A stretch of 63,270 nt of DNA, filler included, from Octopus bimaculoides (taxonomy: Eukaryota), in NCBI RefSeq assembly GCF_001194135.2. It is 5 parts of 5 records of this genome, joined end to end, with 100 filler letters (N's around TTAATTAATTAA, not from the genome) between each part and the next. Parts side by side here need not be neighbours in the genome. Positions count along the whole stretch, not along the records: positions 45,049 to 55,902 come from NC_069006.1; positions 56,003 to 59,074 come from NW_026303942.1; positions 59,175 to 63,270 come from NC_068982.1; 2 more parts are not named here. One strand, 5' to 3'. The position numbers and the translations under genes were made by a program. Below the pieces are notes generated by a model, which had not been told where the DNA came from, did no database searches, and saw nothing but the letters and a program-made list of their open reading frames with translations. Every line of letters starts with the position of its first letter. Within the stretch, counting starts at the first letter, position 1. Of the stretch, positions 52,651-63,270 are shown in pieces.

Positions 52651-52760
52651 CAACAGCAGCAATGTGCATTGTACAAAATCGTGGTGGTGGTGGTGGTGGT
52701 CTTAGTCAGTCATTGTTGTGTGAAGGAATTTATGGCGGTGGCAGCGGTTCTTCTGTTATC
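51655..52760. repeat. Degenerate (GTA/GGT/ACC)n trinucleotide region
   Basis: Directly visible; gives poly-V/T/S/L ORFs in all frames. Confidence 0.85.
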
Positions 52761-53820
52761 CGTTCACCTTGTACTCTAAACGACGTAGTTAGAATGATTT
52801 CGCCAACACGGTGTAGCTTCGGAGTTTTCGATTAGCGGTTGCCATGGTAGAGGCGGTAGAATATACAAAGACATCATTTAATGACAATTAGGGCAGTAGT
52901 GCTCCTCGCTGCTAAAGTTGTCACGTGATATCACAATATTCTTTTTTTTTTCAAGTGATAAGACGTTGGTGCTGGTTATACAGTTGTTGTTGGTGGTGGC
53001 GAAGTGGCGGCAAGCATCCTGTCCGGCTTGATAATAATTCTGCTAGTCCACCACCTTAAATTGACAAATAAATAATAAAGAAGTGAAATAGAAACAGTGC
53101 GTGTGTTATTAATGGCATAATGACCGTACCAAGACACACAACAAAATATGTTTCATCATACAAGTTCATCACACTACTGTTGCGAACAAAACAAAGATGA
53201 CCCTCTCTCCATATACAACAAAACTAACCGTTAATGTTAAAAATACTAAGAGTACTGATAAATGAAGATAAAATTAAAACCCAGGAGAACAGAATTAGTC
53301 CAAGAATAACCCAATTATGAAAAACTTAGTCTGAGATAACAACACGCCTTACATAGAAATGGCAACAGAAAATGAAGACAAACAACGAAAGAAGCAAATG
53401 TTTCGTAAGAAGTATTATACACTCCACTGATTAATATTTTAAACTGAACCAAAACTTTGAAGAACGATAGGGCGATGGGTATCGAAGTCCTAGACGTTCA
53501 GCTAATATGTTACAAATATTGCATTCTGAAATTGATGGTAAGTGAATTATCATGAGTTGATAGATAAATAGGTAATCATGACAACGTTGCCAGTCGATAG
53601 AGATTAAGCAATGTTTTTTCTGTAAGTCAGAGAGGAGACACTTGTTATTAGAATTCTATTATATAATATCTCTTACTGTAAACAAGTACACACACACACA
53701 CACACACATACACACACATTTCTTTTTCTCCTTCTCTCTTTATATATATTCTAATATGTGACCGTGTATGTAACGTTGGCGATTTTCTTTCTCCGTCTTC
53801 CCTTCTTTGGACTTTATCTA

Positions 53821-53858
53821 TACTTCTGATGAAGAGCTCCGCTCGAAACGTGAAATCC
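53821..53858 (+). ncRNA. Minimal type I hammerhead ribozyme core, probably from a Penelope-like element terminal repeat
   Basis: CTGATGA (53826-53832), A, GAGC-TCC-GCTC stem-loop II, GAAA (53845-53848), palindromic ACGT stem III. The cleavage-site base is G and stem I is imperfect. Confidence 0.6.
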
Positions 53859-54089
53859 TCTTTTCTTTCCTTTCCTGAGTGTCCAATGGCACTGTGGTTG
53901 TGCCACGTCCTCACGTTATTGTTTTTTCTTGCTTGTTATTGTTTGGATTGACTATATATATATATATATATATATACTTGTTTCAGTCATTTGACAGCGG
54001 CCATGCTAGAGCAACGCAGAGAGAAGCCGCATAGCAAAAGTTGACCTTGAACTCTGTTGTGGATGCGCACTAAGTGTTGACGTTCTAGC

Positions 54090-54530
54090 TCACTTCCGCT
54101 GCTTATAGCAATGCTTGGAAAGAACGTGTTTAACGTTTTATGCTCGCATTGACCATGACAGAGAAAGTTGTCATGGCGATACCTGGTCAGAGGCCTACGC
54201 AAAGTTGTAGAAAGTGTATAGAGAGGAACTGTACACAAGTATACGAGAGGTCCAAATGTTTCCAAGATGGCCGAAGAATATCGATACTGACGAACGTTCT
54301 GGTAGACCCGCAACCAGCAGAACTGAGAAAGAGAAAAACATCGCATGTGTGCGTACAGCTGGGAGGGGAAATCGTCGAAACACCATCAGTGAGTTATCAG
54401 AGGGTGTGCAGATTAGTTACGGTTCAGTTCAGTCCATTATCGCTGAAGATTTGGCTATGAGACACGTGTCTGTCAAGTTTCTGCGGAAACGGCTTTCAGC
54501 TGACCAAGATCTCCACATCGATGGTCAAGA
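54090..54530 (+). mobile_element. Mariner transposase N-terminal (HTH) fragment
   Basis: IDTDERSGRPATSRTEKEKNIACV...NRRNTISELSEGVQISYGSVQSIIAEDLAMRHVSVKF. Confidence 0.85.
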
Positions 54531-54754
54531 CGTGCTTCTACAATCCCCGAAACATCGAAGCTCCTAAATCAGGGCCCCATGAGCTGATGTAGTCAGTCGA
54601 ATGTCTTACCCAGTTAAAGTAAAAACAACTTATTCCCCAAGTCTACAAAAAGTACAGACTTGCGTAACTAGAGGTGGGCCCCAAAATGTGTTTCTAAGAC
54701 CTATGAAGCCTTAATTGCGATAATATATCAGAGACGTAACAAGCATCCAGAACA

Positions 54755-54955
54755 GAACAACCGGTTTCCAGAAGAGGAGAAAGGATGGTGCAGAGTCTTA
54801 TATGTCAGGAGAGCTCAATTATTGATCAATAAAAAAACAGCAGCAGATTGCTGAAGGAAAAAATATGGGTCCGAAGATGGCATGGATTGATTTCGAGAAA
54901 GCTTTTGACAGTATTCACCGCATGCAGTTTCTGGAAAGTGTTGAAATAGTTTATC
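54755..54955 (+). mobile_element. R4/Dong-like RT fragment
   Basis: EEEKGW...QLLINK...KMAWIDFEKAFDSIH. Confidence 0.75.
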
Positions 54956-55139
54956 CGAACACCAAACCTAGCGATTCTGAGAACCTAAATACTAAAACCC
55001 ACGAATATTTCTTTTACATACGTGTCAACTAGAACTTTCAATAATGAACGAAAGAAGAACGGAGAAGTTAAGATTGCAATAAAGTACGACCGTCCGTCTG
55101 GTTTTGCATATAGTAAATTACTGTCTATCTGTCAGACTT

Positions 55140-55222
<83 letters not shown>

Positions 55223-55635
55223 CTTTCTATCTATCTCTTTCTATCTATCTATATCTATCTGTGTGTGTGTGTATGTATGTGTGTGCGTGTACACACATAT
55301 ATATGTATATAAATATAAGAATGTGTAGATGTATATAAACATACATATATATAGATATGGAGATATATATATATAGAGAGAGGGAAGGAGAAATGTATAT
55401 ATGTATGTATAAATAGGCATATATACATACATACATATATATATATACATGCACACGCATATACACACATATATGTAGATGTATGTATATCAAAGTGAAT
55501 TTTTATCCCTTACTCTATTCCTCCCTGATGAGTACGCTCGTTCAGATAAGACCGTCTGCACGTATCGCATAGGTATGTTTTTGTAATCAGTTACCACATA
55601 CTTATACACCCAGCAAACACCGAACGCAAGCGTAC

Positions 55636-55679
<44 letters not shown>

Positions 55680-55867
55680 CCGAACATGCGTACAAACAGA
55701 CACTCACACAAACATAGGCACGTGGGAACATACAGGAAGCACATATTTACGACGCATACACACAAACACAAACACACACACAAAGCACCATTACACTCAC
55801 ATACAAACACATATGCACTAACGTGCGCGTCCAATTTCTTATCTGCCTATCTATAAATATATCTTTA

Positions 55868-55902
<35 letters not shown>

Positions 55903-56289
55903 NNNNNNNNNNNNNNNNNNNNNNNNNNNNNNNNNNNNNNNNNNNNTTAATTAATTAANNNNNNNNNNNNNNNNNNNNNNNNNNNNNNNNNNNNNNNNNN
56001 NNTTTGCCAACGGTCTTGACAAATCGTGTTACATCACAGTTACATTAGAGTGGCTGATCTGTTCTTTCAGTGCTCCGTAAAAGTGCGGTAGAAACTATGT
56101 GAAGTAGCTCTACTTTTAACGGGAGCTACTTTGCATGTTTGCTAGTCAATTTCTTCTAGGAATGTGACCAGCCTTCTTATAGGATGCATTGCATGAAATT
56201 GCTAACATATGAGGTCAGAGAGATAAATCTATCAAATTTAGCTTCTGCTTTTTTCCCTTCATTATGGACTAAGTACGTTATACCTTCTA

Positions 56290-56560
56290 GTATTTTGAGA
56301 AGTTTACCGTCGGTATACAAAGAATCTTTGAAAAATGTACTATGATTGTGTCACAATCCAAGTTTATAAGTAACAAGATTAGTAGTGTGACTTCATCACG
56401 GATGTACATCGCAACCTCATTGTGACTCCTTTCTCTTCTGTATGAATGCAACACAGCATATAATGGTGAATATATCTCCGAAAAGAGATGGTTTTCTTGA
56501 CTGCATGTTATAAATTTCATGTTTCAAGATGGTGAACAGTCTGCTTACGTGTCGCCTGAG
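56290..56560 (-). mobile_element. Degraded CR1/L2-like APE endonuclease fragment
   Basis: ITCSQENHL (cf. I.ETHL) and YRRERSHNEVAMYIRD (cf. R.DR..GGVA.YI). Confidence 0.55.
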
Positions 56561-58295
56561 GAGCACTTGAGAGTAGATGAATTCATCTTTTTCTCGCTGT
56601 ATACCCACCACAGATGAATTAAATCCGTTAATTTTCAGGGCCACTAAAATAAGGTTTTTGGGTGAAGCATTTTCTGTTGACACCTCGAGAAATGATATTA
56701 AAATTAATTGGAATTGAACAAATTAAATAACAATATAGAGGAATACTTTTCACTATACATTTCTTAAATTAGTCTTGTTAGACATGTAAAGCACCGTTAA
56801 ATTAGTGATGTTGCACTATTTAGCAATATATTTGATTGCAAAAAGAGAATAAAGAAAATGGATTTGCATTTACTAAAGGGCGTACATTACTGGAATTGCA
56901 ATTTAAAGACCTCATTTAGTAAGCTATTATCTCAGTTTAGCCCAGTGACTATTTTCATTTAAATCGTGCTAGTCCTTAAAGCTGAAATATTTGGTTTTTG
57001 TAAGAGCCATCTTAACATATATAGAAATACATGTTTCAAATAACAGAGTTAAATGAATACACATTTTTTATCAGATGTATCACATGAAACAAATTTGGTA
57101 TTTCACCGATGGAAATTTTGAAGGCACAATAGACTTTACTAAATATCTTACGGAATTTTATGCTAAGCACTATTGATTCAGCCGAAATATTGATTTCTCA
57201 CGTAGCACTATTCTACATTTGCTAGTGCAAGGGTAAAGATTAAATTTAACTTAGTACTTTTTGCATCCCTTTTAGTACTTTTTGCATCCCTTTTTGCCAA
57301 TTGATTCCTGCAGTATTTGAAATCAGAAGAAAGCAGTAAATACTTCCAGGATTATTATCTTTGTTATTACTGTTTCAGAAACAAAATTCTAGCGAATACG
57401 TATTACGATGGTGAAGAGCATTATACATGACTAGAATGTGCGTTACTGACCTTGTGAATAGAGAGAGGAAAAGTGGAATATAAATTTATTCCTGTTTAGT
57501 TACCTTTCGCTACCAGTAGGAAAACAGAGATAATTGGATGTTCTGAATTATTCAGAAGAAAAGCTGCTTATGAAAAAAAAAATGAATGTATATATTTGTC
57601 GAATAATTGACAACAAATGCAAATTTAAATACAGCTACATTTATTGTAAAGCATGTCAAATTTAGCTTTCCCTAGCCTTTTCAATGGTATGATGGGAATT
57701 TCTCAATTAAGCGTACATTAAGTAAACAAAAGAAACAAGTTTTTAACGCTGATTGACTTAGATATGTGATAAATTCAAGCAGAAATATTTTTCTTTCTTT
57801 CACATGTTTTCGTTCGTGAAAATCTAAATCTTATGTATTTACTGCAACCTGGGAAGGTAGAAAATGAAATGATATCACATTTCCGAACATGTGACAGCAA
57901 TGATTTCAATTTAAAAATATAATTGTTTTTTTTTAATGAACGATTNNNNNNNNNNNNNNNNNNNNNNNNNNNNNNNNNNNNNNNNNNNNNNNNNNNNNNN
58001 NNNNNNNNNNNNNNNNNNNNNNNNNNNNNNNNNNNNNNNNNNNNNNNNNNNNNNNNNNNNNNNNNNNNNNNNNNNNNNNNNNNNNNNNNNNNNNNNNNNN
58101 NNNNNNNNNNNNNNNNNNNNNNNNNNNNNNNNNNNNNNNNNNNNNNNNNNNNNNNNNNNNNNNNNNNNNNNNNNNNNNNNNNNNNNNNNNNNNNNNNNNN
58201 NNNNNNNNNNNNNNNNNNNNNNNNNNNNNNNNNNNNNNNNNNNNNNNNNNNNNNNNNNNNNNNNNNNNNNNNNNNNNNNNNNNNNNNNNNNNNNN

Positions 58296-58675
58296 GCTGT
58301 GTGGTAAGTAGCTTGCTTCCCAACCACATGGTTCCGGGTTCAGTCCCGCTGCGTGGCATCTTGGGCAAGTGTCTTCTACTATAGCCTCGGGCCGACCAAA
58401 GCCTTGTGAGTGGATTTGGTAGACGGAAACTGAAAGAAGTCCGTCGTATATATGTATATATATATATGTGTGTGTGTGTCTGTGTTTGTCCCCCTAGCAT
58501 TGCTTGACAACCGATGCTGGTGTATTTATGTCCCCGTCAATAGCGGTTCGGCAAAAGGGACGATAGAATAAGTATTAGGCTTACAAAGAATAAGTCCTGG
58601 AGTCGATTTGCTCGACTAAAGGTGGTGCTCCAGCATGGCCGCAGTCAAATGACTGAAACAAGTAAAAGAGTAAAC
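58296..58675 (+). mobile_element. Well-preserved CORE/Meta-like tRNA SINE
   Basis: GCTGTGTGGTAAGTAGCTTGC...GGTTCAGTCCC...TTGGGCAAGTGTCTTCTACTATAGCCTCGGGCCGACC, internal (TA)(TG)n, 3' GTCAAATGACTGAAACAAGTAAAAGAG. Confidence 0.9.
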
Positions 58676-58814
58676 TATTCAATAATATATACTCCTTCAT
58701 AGTTCACGATTCCTTGCCAACATTGCAGTAGCTCACCATTGTCTTCTTTTGGATGTTATTATGTTGGAGCACTGAGGTGAATATTATTTCATAAATCACT
58801 GATGTAATCGTGCA

Positions 58815-58980
58815 TGTCGATTACTTCGACCCCAGTGCGTAACTGGTACTTAATTTATTGACCCCGAAAGGATGAAAAGCAAAGTCGACCTCAGCGCAAT
58901 TTGAACTCAGAACGTAACGGCAGACGAAATACCGCTAAGCATTTTGCCCGGCGTGCTAACGTTTCTGCCAGCTCACCGCT
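58815..58980 (-). mobile_element. Nin/Deu-core SINE, CpG-rich
   Basis: ACCCCGAAAGGATGAAAAGCAAAGTCGACCTCAGCGCAATTTGAACTCAGAACGTAACGGCAGACGAAATACCGC. Confidence 0.9.
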
Positions 58981-59214
58981 AGAGTAAGCAAGTTTCTTGG
59001 AACATGTACAACTTGGAGAGAGCACCTCGTGCGACCAGCAATTGATAACATTCTTCTCATTGGAACAGCATCAGNNNNNNNNNNNNNNNNNNNNNNNNNN
59101 NNNNNNNNNNNNNNNNNNTTAATTAATTAANNNNNNNNNNNNNNNNNNNNNNNNNNNNNNNNNNNNNNNNNNNNCTATATAGGTAGCCATTTTTATTTTT
59201 TATTTTTTTTTGTT

Positions 59215-59328
59215 TTGCTTTTTATCCTTTCGGGGTCGATAAATTAAATACCAGTAAAACACTGAGGTCGATGTAATCGACTAGTCCCCTCCCACCAAAC
59301 ATCAGGCCTTGTGCCTTTAGCAGAAAGA

Positions 59329-59335
<7 letters not shown>
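59215..59335 (+). mobile_element. Nin/Deu-core SINE 3' part with (ATT)n tail
   Basis: TTTATCCTTTCGGGGTCGATAAATTAAATACCAG...GGCCTTGTGCCTTTAGCAGAAAGAATTATT. Confidence 0.85.
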
Positions 59336-59391
<56 letters not shown>

Positions 59392-59655
59392 TTCTCTTTA
59401 TCACAGATTTTCTTACTACCTGCAGCCTACGGTACCGTGCTCTTCGTTCTTTTCAGCTACCTAATAATTTCCTGATTATTCTGGTCATGCCAAGGAGGCA
59501 GACCTTTCGTAACAGTTCTACTGGGCACTCTATTCTAATTTCCTTCATATTCCTCTTGATGCTTTCTGATACTGTTCCCAAGGATCCAAATATAATTGGC
59601 ACTATCTTTACTCTCTACATTTTCCATAGCCGGCCTATTTCGTACTAAATAAGGT

Positions 59656-59689
<34 letters not shown>

Positions 59690-60500
59690 GTTTCGCCTTC
59701 CTTCTTGACTATTCGTGGGTCAAAGGGTCTTGCAACGTCAGCTCTATAGCATATGTGGTGCACCTTGTCCACCACCACTAGGTCCGCTCAGTTATGCTCT
59801 AGCACCTGATCTGTTTGGATTGGGAAATCCCAGAGGAATTTGCTAGTCTCCGACTCTGCTACTCTGTGGTTTGTGCTCATATCATGTCTTGCCTCTCTCT
59901 AGCCCCCACTTTTCAGACAGTTTCCAATGGAGCACTTTTACTACCTGGTCGTGTCGCTACAACTTGGATTATGGACTCCATACATCGTTAGGAGTTTTCT
60001 TCACTTTCCGTTCATCTCCATTAGCTCCTCTCCTGTCCACTTCAGAATTCCAGCGCCAGACCGAACTACTGCGACTGCGCGCGAGTTTATTGCTGAAATT
60101 ATGTTTCTGGCATTCAGCTTTGAAGCCAATATTTTTCTCCCTCGCCACAGGTACTCTCTCTTTGTCTATTCCTTCATATCGTGGTGTTTGATTCCATCTG
60201 CCTCAAGTATTCCCAGTTATTTATAACTGGATTGAGGTTGAACTGCCTTCATCATTTCACCACTTGGCAAACCTGTGCCTTCTGGTCTGACAAGCTTTCC
60301 TCGTCTCATCACCATCATAGCAAATTTTGAGAGTCCGAACTCCATCTTAATATCATTGGAGAAAATCCACACAGACTGGACTAGGCTGTTCAGTTCTGCC
60401 TCAGTTTTTGTGAATAGCTTCAGGTCGTCCAAGTGGTTTAGTTTTCCCTTACCTCTTCCAAGATCATACCCCAACTGTCTTTTCTGTAATATTTCACTGA
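59392..60500 (-). mobile_element. R4/Dong-like non-LTR retrotransposon 3' portion (RT to REL C-terminus, internally deleted)
   Basis: LNHLDDLKLFTKTEAELNSLVQSVWIFSNDIKMEFGLSK, KLNARNIISAINSRAVAVVR, and C-terminal KIVPIIFGSLGTVS...LLRKVCLLG..RIIRKLL, ending in (AAT)n. Confidence 0.88.
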
Positions 60501-61012
60501 AGGGGATCTTTCATTCATATATATANNNNNNNNNNNNNNNNNNNNNNNNNNNNNNNNNNNNNNNNNNNNNNNTATATATATACATACATACATATAGAGA
60601 GAGTTTAAATGTAGTTATAAAAATATGTCCTTCTGTTGAAATGAAATTTCAGTAAATTTCTATATCTTTGTGCAGCTGGTAAGCCCTGGTAACTGTTTAT
60701 TTATTTTTTCCGTGTTATTTGTAAACACCGGAAAAAACACACATATATTGATATATACATATATATATTTGAATGCCTGTATGTTTTCCATGAATTCCTA
60801 ATAGTGCTCGAGCCAGTCGCTAACAAGATGACAAGGCTTTTTGAGTTAAGACAATTCCCGGTGTTTGTAAATATCTGATTCTGTTAGTATGTGCCTATAT
60901 GTAAGTGTATGTGTGTATACCTGTTCCTCATTATTTTTACATGTATGTCCTTGTAGATGTACACAACCAAATATGTGCATCTAGTCATGTATGCATGAAT
61001 ATTTATCTATCC

Positions 61013-61074
<62 letters not shown>

Positions 61075-61504
61075 TTATCGCTGTCCCTCAACAGTATTAC
61101 GAATATGAATTGACAGGTAGAGATTGTTTCCTTATTCCTGTAACTATATCAGAATGTGGTAGAAGACAGCGTCTGTGTAGAAAATGGTGGAATGGAAAGA
61201 AAGCGTATCACTGGAATGAGAAAGTATGAAAAGAGTTCGAATTAGTAAAGTGAGAGAACAAGAGATAGCTAGCACATTGTACCATGAATGATGATGAAGC
61301 ATGTAATCAAATAAGCTGAAAGGGAAATATACTGTCATAGCAACGCTGTAGTTTGCCATGTATAAATACCAGAGATTATTCATATGAGTTACGTAATCTC
61401 CGAAGATTTGACAATAGAATATTTACTGTTAACGAAATGCACGTAAGATGATGTAAGTAAGTATTATATAAACAAACTCTCCTGTTTTATTATATATATA
61501 TATG

Positions 61505-61572
<68 letters not shown>

Positions 61573-61989
61573 TGAGCCTACGCTCTTCGACAGAAAGGAA
61601 TGAGAAGGACGAAATGGAGAGAGAAAAAAGCAGTGTAGAGTTCAGCGGTCCAGCGTGGTGTATATACATACATATATATATATATATANNNNNNNNNNNN
61701 NNNNNNNNNNNNNNNNNNNNNNNNNNNNNNNNNNNNNNNNNNNNNNNNNNNNNNNNNNNNNNNNNNNNNNNNNNNNNNNNNNNNNNNNNNNNNNNNNNNN
61801 NNNNNNNTAATAATAATAATAATAATAATTGAGCCTACGCTCTTCGACAGAAAGGAATGAGAAGGACGAAATGGAGAGAGAAAAAAGCAGTGTAGAGTTC
61901 AGCGGTCCAGCGTGGTGTATATACATACATATATATATATATATACACATATCTAAATACATATACGTATATAAACATATATACATATA

Positions 61990-63242
61990 TATGAGGGGAA
62001 GTCAAAAATTATCCGCTCTTTCGCCATAACATATCTTTATTATTGTCACACTACCTTCTTCGCATGCGTGCTTGAGTTGGTATTATTGTTGTCACGCGAT
62101 CAAAGTTTGAGCCTGATCGCGCTAATTTTATTCCCGGCCCTACAGTGTAAGCATAACCGCTCCACCAGTAATGTGCACTGAAGAAGAACAAAGAGCAGTC
62201 ATCCGATTTCTCTGGTCGGAAGGTATATCAGGTGCTGAAATTTATTGGAGGCACAATACGAGGAAAGTGCACTACCGCATAGAAGTGTGTATGAGTGGAT
62301 CGAGAAGTTTAAAAGTGGCCGAACAAGCCTGACGCACGCAGAGGGAGCAGGACACCCGTCAAATTCCACCACTGACGAGAAGATTCAGCAAGCTCGAGAG
62401 ATGGTAATGGTGAACCGGCGAGTTATCATCGATGAGGAAGCTCGTTCTCTGCAGATTAGTCATAGTTCTGCCTATCAAATCATCCACGATGAACTCAGCT
62501 TTCATAAAGTCTGTGCAAGATAGGTGCCAAGAGGGCTTACTGCAGAGCACAACTGCAAGCATCTTGAGGTCTGCCAACGTTTACTTGATCGCTACAATAA
62601 TGAGGGCGAGGAATTTTTGAGCAGAAAACAAAACGTGGGTTCATCATTATGAGGCAGAATCCAAACAATATTGTATGGAGTGGAAGCATCCTGACCCGCG
62701 AAAAAGGTGATGCTAACACTTTTTTAGGACTCAAAAGAGACTATACTGGAAGACTACCTGGAAAAAGGGGTGTACGATCAACATTGCAAGATACAGTGCT
62801 TTGCTGGCCAACAAACTGAAGCCAGCAATTGGCACCAAACACCGAAGCCTATTGTCGAAGTTAGTCTGTTGTTGCATGACAATGCACGCCCACACACGGC
62901 CACTCTGACTGTAGAAACCATTAACCTCTTAGATTCTGAGGTGCTAGAACACCATGCCTACAGCCCATATCTGGCCCCATCCAACTATCATATTTTGGAC
63001 CGCTCAAAGATAGTTTACGAGGTCATCGATTTTCAACGGATGAAGATGTGAAGGAAGCTGTGCATAAATGGTTGCATAGCCAACCGAAAAATCTTCCTCT
63101 TGGAGGGAATACGCAAGCTTGTGGACCAGTGGACCAAGGGCAACAGAAAGGAAAGAGACAATATAGAAAAATGACGTACTTGTTTATGCCATGTTTATGT
63201 TTATATAATATTTGTGTATATAATTTTAGACTCACCGTCGTA
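61990..63242 (+). mobile_element. Full-length mariner (~1.25 kb) with pseudogenised DD34D-type transposase
   Basis: TA plus TGAGGGGAAGTCAAAAATTAT (61992-) and ATAATTTTAGACTCACCGTCG plus TA (-63240). Motifs EEQRAVIRFL, VYEWIEKFKSGR, *VPRGL (WVP), HDNARPH, YSPYLAPSNY. Stops and frameshifts present. Confidence 0.93.
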
Positions 63243-63270
63243 TATACACACATACATACATACAGAATAC

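Noticed and set aside
51655-52835. Long poly-Thr/Val ORFs suggesting a mucin-like exon
   Set aside because: Degenerate trinucleotide repeat open in many frames on both strands, with no convincing splice boundaries or domain.
57250-57295. Two copies of a 21-bp unit (TTAGTACTTTTTGCATCCCTT)
   Set aside because: A simple local tandem duplication; no spacers or further copies, not CRISPR-like.
61571-61945. ~120-bp direct duplication (61571-61688 vs 61828-61945)
   Set aside because: The copies flank an N gap between microsatellites; most likely overlapping contig ends.

Overview
Eukaryotic, AT-rich, microsatellite-dense draft-assembly window with many N gaps. The SINE families and simple-repeat content point to a cephalopod, probably Octopus (inference). 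It is dominated by transposable-element fossils: a 5'-truncated Tx1-like (L1 clade) LINE at ~2.7-5.3 kb, several RTE LINE pieces (one with three C-terminal C2H2 zinc fingers), several R4/Dong-like REL-endonuclease LINE pieces, CR1/L2-like endonuclease fossils, one full-length mariner with TIRs and TA TSD plus two mariner fragments, piggyBac-type and foldback MITEs, and dozens of tRNA-derived SINEs (Nin/Deu-core and CORE/Meta-like). No host protein-coding gene could be identified with confidence; a few weak candidate exons are listed. The most notable observations are a minimal hammerhead-ribozyme core (53.8 kb), an 11x17-bp Pol III A-box minisatellite grown from a SINE head (34.0 kb), a palindromic mini-element with a telomere-like core and a nearby empty-site paralog (2.0 kb), and a sharp CpG-depleted to CpG-retained transition near 44.5-45 kb. 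I found no convincing evidence of a new multi-gene system. Most coordinates of degraded elements are approximate.
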